A stretch of 43,087 nucleotides of DNA from Octopus bimaculoides (lineage: Eukaryota), in the NCBI RefSeq assembly GCF_001194135.2, contig NC_068981.1:99833963-99877049 (forward strand), read 5' to 3'. Positions 1-12,562 of the stretch are shown here, in pieces. Below the pieces are notes generated by a model that saw only the letters and a program-made list of their open reading frames with translations, was not told the origin of the DNA and did no database searches. Position 1 is the first letter of the stretch. The number at the start of each line of letters is the position of its first letter. A program made the position numbers and the translations under genes.

Positions 1-103
1 AGATTGGAGCCTGGTGTTGCCATCCGGTTTCACCAGTCCTCAGTCAAATCGTCCAGCCCATGCTAGCATGGAAGGCGGACGTTAAACGATGATGATGATG
101 ATG

Positions 104-105
<2 letters not shown>
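1..105 (+). mobile_element. 3' end of young non-autonomous retroelement with (GAT)n tail (family A, probably RTE-tail derived)
   Basis: Ends CCATGCTAGCATGGAAGGCGGACGTTAAACGATGATGAT. Nearly identical to the reverse complement of 42859-42980. RTE origin is an inference. Confidence 0.8.
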
Positions 106-136
<31 letters not shown>

Positions 137-140
137 TATA

Positions 141-305
141 TACGACGGGCTTCTTTCAGTTTCCCTCTACCAAATCCACTCACAAGGCTTTGGTCAGCCC
201 GTGGCTATAGTAGAAGACACTTGCCCAAAGTGCTATGCAGTGGGACTGAAACCGGAACCATGTGGTTGGTAAGCAAGCTACTTACCACACAGCCACTCCT
301 GCGCC
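141..305 (-). mobile_element. tRNA-derived SINE head/body (family B)
   Basis: Reverse complement gives GGCGCAGGAGTGGCTGTGTGGTAAG (A-box-like) and GGTTCCGGTTTCAGTCCC (B-box-like). Matches the copy at 36936. Confidence 0.85.
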
Positions 306-526
306 TATTATTATTTAAATTTATACAACTATTTGGAAGCAAGTATTGTTGATCACAGGTTTCCAATGAATCAGTCACTGAATTCCAACATTTCTGATGT
401 CAAGAATAACTCAATGCAAAGAACTTTATCTCACAAAGAACTTCATTCAAAGAACATTAGATTTTTCAATGATGTTCAATATCTTCCTCAAAAAGCTGTA
501 CATCTACACATACAACTGATTTCTAC

Positions 527-660
527 ACAATTTCTCTCTACCAAATTCCACTCACAAGGTATTAGCAAACCTGAAGCAATGGTTGGTAGAAGACATTGCC
601 CAAGGTGCTATGCAGTGGAATCAAGTCCAGAATCATGTGGTTATAAATGAACTTCTCGAC
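527..660 (-). mobile_element. Degraded family B SINE fragment
   Basis: Contains CCAAATTCCACTCACAAGG and AGACATTGCCCAAGGTGCTATGCAGTGG, as in 141-305. Confidence 0.7.
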
Positions 661-743
661 CATTCAGAAATTAAGGATTGACAAACAAAATTAACTGGAA
701 TGTTACTTAATATGTTTGAAGCATACTTATAATATAAACATTG

Positions 744-883
744 AGTGGCTTGCTTACCAACCACATGGTTTCGGGTTCATTCCCACTGAGTGGCACCTTG
801 GACAAGTGTCTTCTACTATAGCCTCAGGCCGACCAAAGCCTTGTGAGTGGATTTGGTAGACAGAAACTGAAAGACGCCTGTTG

Positions 884-923
<40 letters not shown>

Positions 924-1143
924 CGTGTGTATGTTTGTGTGTCTGTATTTGTCCCCCCCCCACATCACTTGACAACCGATGGTGGTGTGTTTACATCCCC
1001 GTAACTTAGAAGTTTGGCATAAGAGACCAATATAATAAGTACTAGGCTTCCAAAGAATAATTCCTGGGGTCGATTTGCTCAACCAAAGGTGGTGCTCCAG
1101 CATGGTTGTAGTCAAATGACTGAAACAAGTAAAAGAGTAAAAG
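744..1143 (+). mobile_element. Composite SINE: family B head, (GT)n spacer, family C tail
   Basis: Same modular order as 36936-37326. Tail ends GGTGCTCCAGCATGG...TGACTGAAACAAGTAAAAGAG. Confidence 0.85.
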
Positions 1144-1157
1144 AATTACTCCCTACA

Positions 1158-1372
1158 AAGGTGGCAAGCTGGCAGAATTGCTAGCATACTGGGAAAAATG
1201 CTTAGTGGTATTGCATCCATCTTTACATTCCGATTTCAAATTCTGCTGAGGTCAACTTTACCTTTCATCCCTTTTGGGGATAAGATAAGTACCAGTTGAA
1301 AACTGGGGTCGATGTAATCAACTTACTCTCTCCCTTGAAATTGCTGGCCTTGTACCAAAATCTGAAACCAGT
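1158..1372 (+). mobile_element. tRNA-related SINE family D (central block resembles the MetaSINE domain)
   Basis: GGTGGCAAGCTGGCAGAA head, TTCAAATTCTGCTGAGGTCAACTTT B-box region, CCTTTCATCC...TAAGTACCAG core. Reverse copies at 22310 and 35235. The superfamily assignment is from memory. Confidence 0.7.
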
Positions 1373-1544
1373 ATTACTCCACACAAAGAAATATCCAGCT
1401 TCCATAAAATTGTACTATAACTCTGAGAAAGGTCACTGAGTGCTGATAATGTTTGGATATCTCAGTTAATAGTAGTACTCTTGGTGATATTCATCTCCTC
1501 TCCAGTAACCAATGGGAGAATTTGAGCCTGGTAGTACAATTTAA

Positions 1545-1745
1545 TAAAGCATTTGTCAGTTAAAAAAGAGCCACTACAGAATTAACTCACCAGTTAGATA
1601 TACCCTAATCTCATTGACATAGCACTCTACCATCTTAAATCAGGAAAGGTAATGTACATCAAGACAATGTGATTATAGCTGGCATTCCTTTGACAATTGA
1701 TCTGCTTGATCAGAGTTCACCTAAAACTAAACAATAAGAACAATA
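1545..1745 (+). repeat. Interspersed repeat family E, degraded
   Basis: Similar to the reverse complement of 3690-3900. Ends in an AACAAC-like tail. Confidence 0.5.
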
Positions 1746-2371
1746 TTGTTGCTACCTAAATTAATTCCTGGTACTTGATCATCATCTCTTATAAGAGATG
1801 ACTAAACTAGCTGTCTCTTAAAGAAGTAAATTAATATATAAAATAATACAAGTATAATATAACAAAATATATAAATAAATATAATATAATATCTAGTCAT
1901 CTCTTAAGTAAATTAATATATCTCAGCATTATGAAATCGAATTTTGTTTTGATTCTAATAAACAGAAAATCCTTGATACTTTATCATTTAAATGCTAAAG
2001 AGACTTCTAAATTACTTTGTATAATTGTACAAAAATGGATGTTTACGTACTTAATGTAGTGAGATGAAAAGTTTTTAACTAATTAACATCCAGAATAAGG
2101 GAAAAAATGATTATCTTACTGACTAATCTCAATATTAATTAAAAATACAATGTTGTCTGATTTTTGATACAACTGTGACAACTCCAGACATGTTTCTATG
2201 GTATTAAACCTCATCAACATTAAAGCCAGATCTTAAAATGATGACAAAGAATATAAGATTTTAGTGATTAAACACTGAGTGAGGTGATAACTGAAAAGAA
2301 TGGTGGGGAAAATACTCAAAGATACTTGCTGCATGAAATCAAATAGTAAAATAGTAAAGTAAAATATTTAA

Positions 2372-2592
2372 TCCTTCAGCATTTAAACTGACCATATCTA
2401 ACCTAAATATTCTGCCTGTTTTATGTTCAGAATGGCAAGATCTGGCCTCTCACAACAGCCCTACAATGTTGCTTTAAAATTAAACAATCATATCATTGAA
2501 GTTTCAAAATCTTTGAGATAATGCATGACTAATTCAGAACAATGTGAATAAAAAATCATTACACTTGACAGAATAATTTGAATGCTAAAGAG
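2372..2592 (-). mobile_element. piggyBac-like MITE
   Basis: TTAA flank followed by TCCTTCAGCATTT, and AATGCTAAAGAG at the other end. Reverse copy of 24957-25170. Confidence 0.65.
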
Positions 2593-3689
2593 TTACTGAA
2601 GTGAATCAAGAAATTTTAATTAATTAAAATTATGTGCATAATGGTGAAAAGAAAAATTATTACATTAAAGACTAATTCTGGTTAAGACAGACAGAGGAGA
2701 CAACCCTAAATATAAATTAATTAAAATAATGAAAAACAGGATGTAGTGGACTGTAATTGTATCGACACTCCATAGAAACAAAAGCAAAATGGAGGATTTT
2801 TTGGCCATGTCTGAATTGATGGAGAAAGATCTGGGAAGGATTTTTTTACGGTCAAAAATCTTAACCAAGAAGTTGTTATAATAAACCAGTCATGGGCAAA
2901 TTGCAACCTTCAGACTTTCTGAATGGCATGCCAAATTTCATGAAGAAAATAACGTGTTTAATTCTTTTTAGTAGAATGACCCACCTGATGATAAGCCATG
3001 TCTTATGCAACTCACTTCTCAGGAAAGATTGCCCATGCCTGTACTAAACTCTGAGAAAGAACTTACTACTGTTAAAACAATCAGCTTTCTTTTTGCAAAA
3101 ATGCTTTATTATGTGTGGTAGAAAAAATTAATTATTTGTAAACATTATTTTGTATATTTGTGGATAATGGAGGAAAATGCAAGAACTATCAAGTAACAAA
3201 AGAAATAATTATCAAAATTAAACTTCAATGCAGTAAAATATATAGAGTCTCCATCAGTCAAGAGTGACCATGCATCTGCATGTGTGCACAGGACTGAGCA
3301 ACATCTTTTGTGAAAGAGATTAGTAGTTGCCCATGCATGCAGGACTCTTCTCTCAACTTCACTTATGTTTATCCGAGAGAAAGGCTGCTGATATGGGGCA
3401 ATACAGATCAGCATTAGCATCATTGTAGGTGTCACTGTCAGAGAGCAAAGTATTAAGACAGATATTGCAAAGCATCTCATCTGACCCTCAAATACACTGC
3501 CAATCCACAGTCCAGGAATGGTACTTTTTTTAATCAACTCCAAAAAGATGAAAAGCAGAGTTGGCTTAAGCAGGATTTAAACTCAGAGCAAAAAGAGTTG
3601 GAACAAATATTACAATCTAACCAACTCAAATGTCTCTGCCGGTTTGTGACCTTATAAAAAAAATGCAGATATTAAAATGATGATGATAA

Positions 3690-4060
3690 TGGTTGCTGTT
3701 ATTGTTGCTTAGTCCCTGGTCATTTTCGATTGAGCAAACCTATGAGGCAAAGTTTTTCAGTCAAGATCAGCTTGTCTTTTTATATATCTATGGCTATATT
3801 GTCCAATGTGTTATTCTAACAGTAGGGTATAACTTGAAGGATATTTAACTGCTATTTCTAGCAAGTGAAATTACCCTGTAGAACTCCCTCCCTCCACTGG
3901 CTTATCCTTATTATTGTTCTTTTGCACAAAGTTGAGCCTGCTTGAATAAACTTAATATCAAAGGTATTCCATCTATGAGCATCCTGTCATTTTTCCAGGC
4001 AGTGTATATCTAAGACTACATTATTCAGTATTCTCTTTTCATTTTTTTTTTTAAATGGTA
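3690..4060 (-). repeat. Two partial family E copies
   Basis: The block TATATC...GCTA/GACTAC...ATT(G)TCCA(A/G)T..TT occurs twice. Homologous to 1545-1745. Confidence 0.5.
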
Positions 4061-5106
4061 GAGTGTAGCTTCATAGCAACTTGGCAGTAATTTTTAGCAT
4101 AATGAGTATCAAGGCAATAGTTTCCTGCATTAGCTTGTGATGCTGATTTATTATAAGTTTTGCAGCTGTTGTCAATATTTTGACATCTGCCATTCTCTTC
4201 AGATATGGATTAGAGAGAGAGTTTCTTCCTTTTCTTTTTTTAAATAAGTGTCTTACTTGAGACCTGCAAGAAATTAGAAATTGAGTAACTGATGCCGGCC
4301 TTTTCCATCCACAGGAATGAAGCAAAGCAAACATATGTATTGATAGAAAATGTCTGTGGGAAGAGAGGTTAATAGCTGACATATAAGATAATTCTAAACT
4401 ATGGTATTTCAGCACAATTACTAACCTGTTGGTATTCGAAAACACATCAGATAAATATGAGAGATAAGGCAGTAAAGGATTTTGGCAGAATAGAATTGAT
4501 AGGTAAAGAATTAAAAACCTGACCTGCAACTTTAATGCCATGTGTTGAGTTTTTTCGTTAAAAAAAAAATAAATAAACAAAACAAAACACGGTAACATAT
4601 GCAAAAAGTTGTTAATGAAGAAAACTCAAAATGTTTAGCAAGAAACAGAAAATATAATTATTTTATCAATCCTGAATGAATGTTATGTAATTTGCATTCA
4701 TAATAGTTTCTATGTAAATGTTTAACAAAATAAAGAAATTCACTTGGCATTAATTAGATGATGCCTTTCAGAGTTTGGAGGCTATTGCTCTTTGTGTATA
4801 AGAGAAGCCAAATGACATTTAACTAAAATATTTGGAGAAATTAACCTTTCAAGTTTTGGGAAGAGTTGTTTTTGCAACAGAAGGACTGTCTTATGAAATT
4901 GTATTTTGTGAGTGATAAATTTTTTGCCCAAATCCCTTAAATGCAAACAATTTACTGATCTCTGGATATCTTTGCATAAAAGTTCATTATCAAAAATAAC
5001 AAAAAACATCCTGTGACATCTGTCTATTCAATTTCTAGTTAACTAATCATTGTTCCACATGCTTTTCCACACACGATTTTAATCAGCAAATAACTTTCCT
5101 CTCTTA

Positions 5107-5153
<47 letters not shown>

Positions 5154-5169
5154 ATGCCTGTAAGTTATG

Positions 5170-5470
5170 GGTGCAGGCTAGCTGTATGGTTAAGAAGCTA
5201 GCTTTGTGACCATGTGGTTTTGGGTTTAGTTCCACTGCACAGCACCATAGATGTCTTCTACTACAACTCCCAGACTGATCAATGATTAGTGAGTAAATAT
5301 AGTAGATAGAAACTGTAAAGAAGCCCATCCATATATATGTGTGAGTGTGTCTTTGCATTTTTCCCTCACCACAACTTGATAACCAGTGTTAGTTTGTTTA
5401 TGTCTCTATAACCTAGCAGTTCAGCATGAGTGATTGACAGAATAAATACCAAACATGAAAAAACAAAAAA
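5170..5470 (+). mobile_element. Degraded composite SINE (B+C)
   Basis: GCTGTATGGTTAAGAAGC head, then CACAACTTGATAACCAGTGTTAG body. Confidence 0.65.
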
Positions 5471-5781
5471 ACATTGTGACTAAATCCTGTAATTTGGCAA
5501 CAGGTGAAAACTGCAATAAGCAAGATCTGCTAGATAGGCTAGGTGAAGTAGCTTTTTGAACCCATGAGAGCTGGGGCATTGTCAAGAAGAAGCAAAACAT
5601 TGGTACTCATCATTCCACAATGCTATTTTGCTAATTTTGTGAAAATGGTGAGAGTTGAATTACTGAAACAAGTAAAATAAATAAAAAAAGATGATATATA
5701 TCCAAAAGTTTTGCATTTGACTATTTTCCTTTTGACAGAAATCTCAAATTATTGTTTTATTTGATTGCCTTGTTATAAAAC

Positions 5782-6097
5782 TAGGTTGAGGAAAAAGTTT
5801 GTGTGCCGTGTTAAAATAATGATTTTTTATGCAATTTATTCAAAAACAACAACAGCTGTTCTTCAAAATAAAGACCATCATTTTTCATATGACCTTCTGT
5901 CAATGATCTGGAAGCTTTTGGATTTGCTCAAAGTACCAATCCTTCGGATTTGAATTGAAAATTTCTTGACAGGCTTCTTTAACTTCATTGAATGACTCAA
6001 AACAGCAACCTTTCATAAATTTCTGCATTGATTGGAAGAAACCGTAGTCAGATGGAGGAACATCTGGATTATAGGTTGGATACAGCAGAACTTCCAC
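5782..6097 (-). mobile_element. Mariner transposon 3' fragment (transposase C-terminus plus TIR)
   Basis: EVLLYPTYNPDVPPSDYGFFQSMQ matches the mariner HPPYSPDLAPSDYHLF motif. Mariner-type TIR TAGGTTGAGGAAAAAGTTT starts at 5782. Confidence 0.88.
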
Positions 6098-7620
6098 ACC
6101 ATCCAGCCTATTCTTATTCTCACAGTTATGCTCTCAGAGCATCCACCTCCACTACTAACTTGGTTACCTAGATAATGGAAGCTATCTCCTATCTCTAGCT
6201 TACTCCCCTGGCAGTTGATGGAGCCTATTTTCTGTACATTTTTGGTGTTTATTGTACTTGTGCATCTTCCACACACAAAAGCTATTTTTCCCATTAACCT
6301 TCCTCTGATATTGCTGCACCTCTTATGTGTCCATAGCTTACACCGGGTATATCTTATGGAGCTTCTACCTATGCTTTTTCTACAGATTGAGCAGAGCCAT
6401 CAACTTGAAGGGATTTGTGATTTCCCTGCCTTTCTACCTATTAAGACTTTGGTTTTTGGTAAGTTAACTCTAAGGTCCTTTGATTCTAGACCTTGCTTTC
6501 ATACCGGAAACTTCTCTAGTTCTGGTAGTGATTCAGCTTCAAGAACAAAGTTATCAGTATAGAGGAGTTCCCAGGAGCAGCCTGCCTTAAATTCCTCTGT
6601 TACTGCCTGGAGGACTATGATGAACAAGATGGGGCTGAGGACCTACTTGTACCCTGAATTCTTCACTGTAGTCATTGCCAACTTTCACCTTACTGGTAGT
6701 GTCCCTGTACATAGCTTGTACAGCTCTCACAAACCACTTGTCTATCCCTAGTTTCTGTATTGACCACCAGATAAGGGATTTGGGGACCCTGTCAAAGGCT
6801 TTCTCCAAGTCAACAAGAGCCAAGTACAGAGGTTTAACTTTGGCTAAGTATTTCTCCTGCAGCTGCCTTACCAAAAACATAGCATCACTGATGCTTCTAC
6901 CTGGTACAAAGCCAAACTGTATTTCATCTAGACTCTCTCCCTAATTAGTTGGGTTATGATCCTCTCCATAACTTTCATCACCTGATCCAAAATTTGATAC
7001 TTTTGTAATTATTTCTATTTAAGGCATCACATTTACCTTTGTAGCAGTTGACTATGCTGCTGCTACACCAGTCATTGGGTATGACTCCTTTGTGAACCAC
7101 GTGATTTACAATATGGGTGACTGGACCATAACCCACACTGCCAAATATTTTAAGCATCTCAGCGGTGATACCTGATGAACTGGAGGCATTCCGTCTTCAT
7201 ATCCTTAATTGCTTATTCTATCAAGGTACTGTCGATTCAGATAGCTGGTCCCTCAACTGGATCAACAGTTGGCAAGTGCAGTATCATCCATGTGGACACA
7301 TTTCTCTCCTATGACATTACAATTCTCTCTCACACACTGTTTTGCAATCCAAATCACTTCAAGTGTTTGGTCCTTATGTTGCTGAAAATAGGCAAACTTC
7401 TTTTCTGCTTCACTCTTGGCTAGATATATATCTATCTCCTAGCTATCTAATACAGTTCCCTGTTACCCCCACTACCACGTCACCCTAGGTCTAGATAAGA
7501 TTTTGCACCATCCGCAGATTTGGCCTGTGGCACTCAGCAAGCTGTCCTGCAGGAATTCCCAGTTGCCCTCTATGTCACAAGTCTGTAGCTACTCCACCCT
7601 CTCATCAAATATATCTCCTG
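6098..7620 (-). mobile_element. Decayed RTE-clade LINE (linker plus reverse transcriptase)
   Basis: Translates across frameshifts and stops to SGITAEMLK, DEIQFGFVPGRSISDAMFLVRQLQEKY, VDLEKAFDRVP and FHYLGNQVSSGGGC. Confidence 0.92.
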
Positions 7621-7624
7621 TGTG

Positions 7625-7831
7625 ACCCTTCTGTCCAGCATTCACCATGATAGGTCGCTAGCCACTACACATTCTTTTATTTTCTCCTTGGTTCTTTCTG
7701 TGTTCCTTTCTGTGGAAGAGCGTAGGCTCAAAACGTTAAAGACTTTTTCACTTCCCGAGTGTTATACTAATACATCTGCTTGTTGTCTACACCACCTGTC
7801 TTCGTCTTTTGATTTTTTTGTGAATTCTCCC

Positions 7832-7834
<3 letters not shown>
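7625..7834 (+). mobile_element. Probable Penelope-like pseudo-LTR fragment
   Basis: Degenerate hammerhead-like block CTTTCTGTGGAAGAGCGTAGGCTCAAAACGTTAAAG. Ends in an (AT)n tract. Confidence 0.5.

Positions 7835-7906
<72 letters not shown>
7835..7906. repeat. (AT)n microsatellite
   Basis: Direct reading. Confidence 0.97.
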
Positions 7907-7908
<2 letters not shown>

Positions 7909-10419
7909 CCACAGCCTTAGGGCTGAAATGTAAACAGAGAAAAAGGAAGATGTATTTATTTGTTTGTGTGCATGTGGTGTGTGTAATATAAATAGTGTCT
8001 ACCAATCGTATAAAGGTTTTAAAATAATTATCAAATGTTCAAAGTATTAATAAAGCTATAACTTTATGTTCCAATGTACTGAATCTTTTGTATGAATGAT
8101 CTATTTAATCACATGACTTAGATATTTATATCATACGCGTGCATGCATGCACGTGTGTGTATATTTAAGGGAGGGAGGGACTCTGTGTGTGTGCATGTGT
8201 GCTCAAATTTACAAGCGAAAGGAAAAAGTACTCAATATTGAAGCATAAGGTAATTATTTATTATAGCTTTCATATTAGTCTTTGTTGCTACTCTGGGTTT
8301 TGTACTTCTTTGCTGATCATGCAACATACACACACACACACATCATCTATTTATATTGCTGGATTGTGCTAGGAGAAGATCAGTATTAACTGTCAAGAAT
8401 AAACACTGTCTCTTAATTATCTATCATTATTGGAACACACCTGAGTTAACTTCCACTGGTAATATCCACTTCCTCTCTTAGAAGAAGATAGAAATAGAAT
8501 TTTAAGTGACTAGCTCAATAACGCACTATCAAGACATATGAAGTCAAACCAACTATTTGAGAAGTTGATGTTATCCTTATTTTGTTCTGTGACTTCTTGA
8601 TTACATAGAAGCAATGTAAACATGCTATTTTTTAAAAACTTTTCTAAGTAAAAATACTTTGAATTCAAATTCCAAATTTCTTGATTCAGACACAATTTCT
8701 TAATGTTACACAAATAGAAATTGTGCATTAAACTTTTCTAGAACATTCTGTAGTTAATTGGCAACACTATATTTTATTTTAGTCTCACTAATATCCTGTC
8801 ACTCTCTTTATACATTTCTTTCTCTCTATCACGTTCTCTCCATATATACATCATTGTGCCTCTAATTCTCATTTTCTGGGTTTTTTCTGTCTCAAATTCT
8901 ACTTCCTTTTCCTCATCTTTCTTTCACTAATTTTCTGTGTATCTCTCTCACTTAATATTTCTTTTTGTGCACATCCCACCAATCTCCTTTAAATTTCAAA
9001 AGAAAAAATAATGAAGAATCAAAAAGGAAGACTACAAAGAAACAAATAAAACAAAGCAAAACAATGCATACAACAAACAATGACAAAAAATTCTCTTTCC
9101 AAACATTGCCCAAACAGACAGAATACAAATGAAGTTAAATTAAAAGAATTATATAATAACAAATGAATAGAAACTGCAGAAAATAATGCTGTTTTCATCT
9201 CTTTGTAAATATGTAATGAAATTGTCTGCTGTTTTGGTCAAGTTGATGGGGAATTTTTTTCAGCATTGAATATTTCAATATTTTCTTAAAGAACTGGCTA
9301 TAAGAGAAAGGTAAAGAAAAGGAATAAGGAGAAAAAAAAATGCTTCAATCAATGAGTGGAATTATTGTGGAGGCAAGGTAGCAGAAACGATCGATGAAGG
9401 AGAACAAAAAATGAAGAATTCTGTAGAGCTTATGGAAGAATTTTGATGGTGGTGGTAGATATGGTACCAATGAGACAAAATGGTTCTGAAAGGTTTCTGC
9501 TATGAAATCTTATTGACCATGTCATCAAACAAAGGAAACATTTAAGGGGAAATATATGGATGTACGTAGCTATTTTGTTAGCATGTGATGATACATACAT
9601 CAAAATACATGTACATGAGTATATGTACATACAGATAGGTAAATTAGTAGATAGTAGATAAATTGATAGATAGATATGTCAAATTTTCCCTTCTTTTGGG
9701 GATCAATAAATAAAGCACCAGTCCAAGGTAGTTCATTGGCAAAGTTGAAAGAACATCTTGTGGTATCTGATCCAGTTCTGCATGTTCTGAGTTAAAACTC
9801 TGCCTCCTATCACCAGAGTACAGAAAAAAAAAGAGAAATCCATGATGCTTCTGTTAGGAATTATGATCAACAAATAGTAACAGTAACTGCAAAACCAATG
9901 AGAACAATTTCCTGTGTTCTATCATAAGATTAGCTGCATCGTGATGATGATGATAAGTAAAAAGTTCATTATAGGCATGTATAGGATAAAATCTTATATA
10001 AAACACTACTAACAATTATAGAAATGGAAAAGAGATGTTAAAAGTTCAAATTAGAATTTAATTTCCACATACGACCATTTCAAATGGCAATACAAACAAG
10101 TAAGAAAAAAACATTAATAATAATAATAATAAAAATAGTTATGTATTACCATTCTTGTAGGTGTAAAAAATTAAAGGAAAACATCAAAAGAGGTATTACC
10201 AAAAAGAATTTAGAAGGAAAAACAAAGAGGTTATGTTGGAGAAGCTGACTGGATATTTGCAAATAAATTGTAAAAGAGAAAAAAAGAAGAGAAACAGGGA
10301 CATGTTAATGTATGTTCGAGTCTATCTGTGTAATAAACTATAAACTAATCTGGCCAACAGATATATTTAAATATATATATATATATATATTTAAATGTTT
10401 TAAGGAAAACCTTATTTAT

Positions 10420-10703
10420 TTATGCCAGTACCCCCTGACTAGTTCTTGTACCGGTGGCACGTAAAAAGTACCATCCGAACGTGATCGATGACAGGCCTGT
10501 CTGAGTGGCCCCTGTGCTGGTGGCATGTAAAAAGCACCCACTACAGTCTTGGAGTAGTTGGCGTTAGGAAGGGCATCCAGTTGTAGAAACATTGCCAGAT
10601 CAGATTGGAGCCTGATGTACCTGTTGGCTCTCCAGACCTCTGTCAAACCGTCCAACCCATGCCAGCATGGAAAATGGACATTAAAGATGATGATGATGAT
10701 GAT
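10420..10703 (+). mobile_element. Family A retroelement copy
   Basis: GGAAGGGCATCCAGTTGTAGAAAC body; AACCCATGCCAGCATGGAAAATGGACATTAAAGATGATGAT tail. Confidence 0.85.
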
Positions 10704-10710
10704 AAATTAC

Positions 10711-10768
10711 TTTTGGTGATGCTGCAAGACTTTGGACAAATTTAAACAAATGCCTGTTATTATCTGTT
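10711..10768 (-). other. Candidate exon (58 nt)
   Basis: Minus-strand acceptor TTTCCTTTCTTCTGTCTACAG and donor GTAATT. Two reading frames are open. Supported by splice motifs only. Confidence 0.25.
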
Positions 10769-10912
10769 CTGTAGACAGAAGAAAGGAAATGACAAAACCT
10801 AATTTCAAACTTTGTTGGATTTTAAGCTATGGTTAAAAAAAAAACAAAAAAAGTATTGCTTACTTTAAGAAACAATGAAAAATTATCCATGTGAACTATT
10901 TAATGCAACAAC

Positions 10913-10948
<36 letters not shown>

Positions 10949-11224
10949 ATATGCACACTCACATACACATATACATACATATATATATGTATATACATAT
11001 ATGTATATACACACACACACACACATATATATATATNNNNNNNNNNATATATACATATACATACAAATACACACACACACATATACAAATATACACATAT
11101 ATATGCACATGCATACATATATACATAGCAAAGCATTCTGCTAGCTAGCAAGCGTTTGCACAAATCTTCTTTTCAGGTGCTGACAAAACTTCCACAACTG
11201 TTTTCCTACAATTTCAGGGATTCC

Positions 11225-11360
11225 ACTAACAATGTCAGCTCAATGAAAGAAAGGACAAGTGAGATTATTGAAATGCTGGAGTGACAGCATGTAGATGTGT
11301 GTGGTGTGTCAGAAATAAGATGGAAGGAGGCCTCTGCTAGATTCCTCACAGGTAAAAAAA
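11225..11360 (+). mobile_element. RTE LINE AP-endonuclease N-terminal remnant
   Basis: TNNVSSMKERTSEIIEMLE*QHVDVCGVSEIRWKEASARFLTG resembles the endonuclease motif I-II pattern (N-V ... D-V ... E-x-R-W). Confidence 0.75.
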
Positions 11361-11737
11361 CAGAGGTTCCACAGGTTTGCCAGCTCCTGTTAAACCCTCC
11401 AACCATGTCAGCATAGAAGACAGACATGAAATGATGATGATGAATATATATATATATATATATTATATATATANNNNNNNNNNNNNNNNNNNNNNNNNNN
11501 NNNNNNNNNNNNNNNNNNNNNNNNNNNNNNNNNNNNNNNNNNNNNNNNNNNNNNNNNNNNNNNNNNNNNNNNNNNNNNNNNNNNNNNNNNNNNNNNNNNN
11601 NNNNNNNNNNNNNNNNNNNNNNNNNNNNNNNNNNNNNNNNNNNNNNNNNNNNNNNNNNNNNNNNNNNNNNNNNNNNNNNNNNNNNNNNNNNNNNNNNNNN
11701 NNNNNNNNNNNNNNNNNNNNNNNNNNNNNNNNNNNNN

Positions 11738-11802
<65 letters not shown>

Positions 11803-11820
<18 letters not shown>

Positions 11821-12025
11821 TTGTGTGTGTGTGTTTGTCCCCCCAACATCGCTTGATAACCAATGCTGGTGTGTTTACGTCCCCGTAACTTAGCGGTTCA
11901 GCAAAAGAGACCGTTAGAATAAGTACTAGGTTTACAAAGAATAAGTCCTGGGGTCGATTTGCTCAACTAAAGGCGGTGCTCCAGCATAGCCGAAGTCAAA
12001 TGGCTGAAACAAGTAAAAGAGTAAA
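11803..12025 (+). mobile_element. Family C SINE tail; head probably lost in the N-gap
   Basis: CCCCCAACATCGCTTGATAACC...GGCGGTGCTCCAGCAT...GAAACAAGTAAAAGAG. Confidence 0.85.
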
Positions 12026-12039
12026 TATATATATATCAC

Positions 12040-12362
12040 ACTGGCATGCTGTCGCTTATGATGATGAGGGTTCCAGTTGATCTGATCAAAGGAACCTGCT
12101 CGTGAAATTAATATGCATGTGGCTGAGCACTCCACAGACACATGTACCCTTAACGTAGTTCTCAGGAAGATGCAGTGTGATACAGAGTGTGACAAGGCTG
12201 GCCCTTTGAATTACAAGTACTACTAGTTTTTGCCAGCATAGTGGAATGGAGCAACGTGAAAATAGAGTGCCTTGCTGAAGGACACAATGTGTTGCTGGGA
12301 ATCAAACTCACCACCCTATGATTGGGAATCGAATACCCGAACCACGAAGCTACGTGTCTTCA
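12040..12362 (-). mobile_element. tRNA-derived SINE family G
   Basis: Reverse complement has a tRNA-like head (GTGGTT...GAGTTTGATTCCC) and TGTGTCCTTCAGCAAGGCACT core. Second copy at 34200-34428. Confidence 0.75.
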
Positions 12363-12466
12363 CATATACACACACACATACAGCTTGACCAGTAATTTTT
12401 GAGGGAAGAATAGGGAACTGTCTCCTGTTGAATTTTTTTTGCAAACCATTGACTATAGCCAATTCA

Positions 12467-12470
12467 GAGA

Positions 12471-12556
<86 letters not shown>

Positions 12557-12562
12557 GAGAGA
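12467..12562. repeat. (GA)n microsatellite
   Basis: Direct reading. Confidence 0.97.

Noticed and set aside
333-650. 105-aa plus-strand ORF
   Set aside because: The 3' third runs through a reversed SINE fragment. No homology recognised and no splice support.
2239-2295. C/D-box snoRNA-like ATGATGA...CTGA
   Set aside because: Too short, no convincing terminal stem, and no recognised rRNA antisense element.
4071-4604. 177-aa ORF, and a Cys-containing alternative frame faintly like an ShK domain
   Set aside because: No recognisable domain, composition typical of AT-rich non-coding DNA, and the Cys spacing is incomplete.
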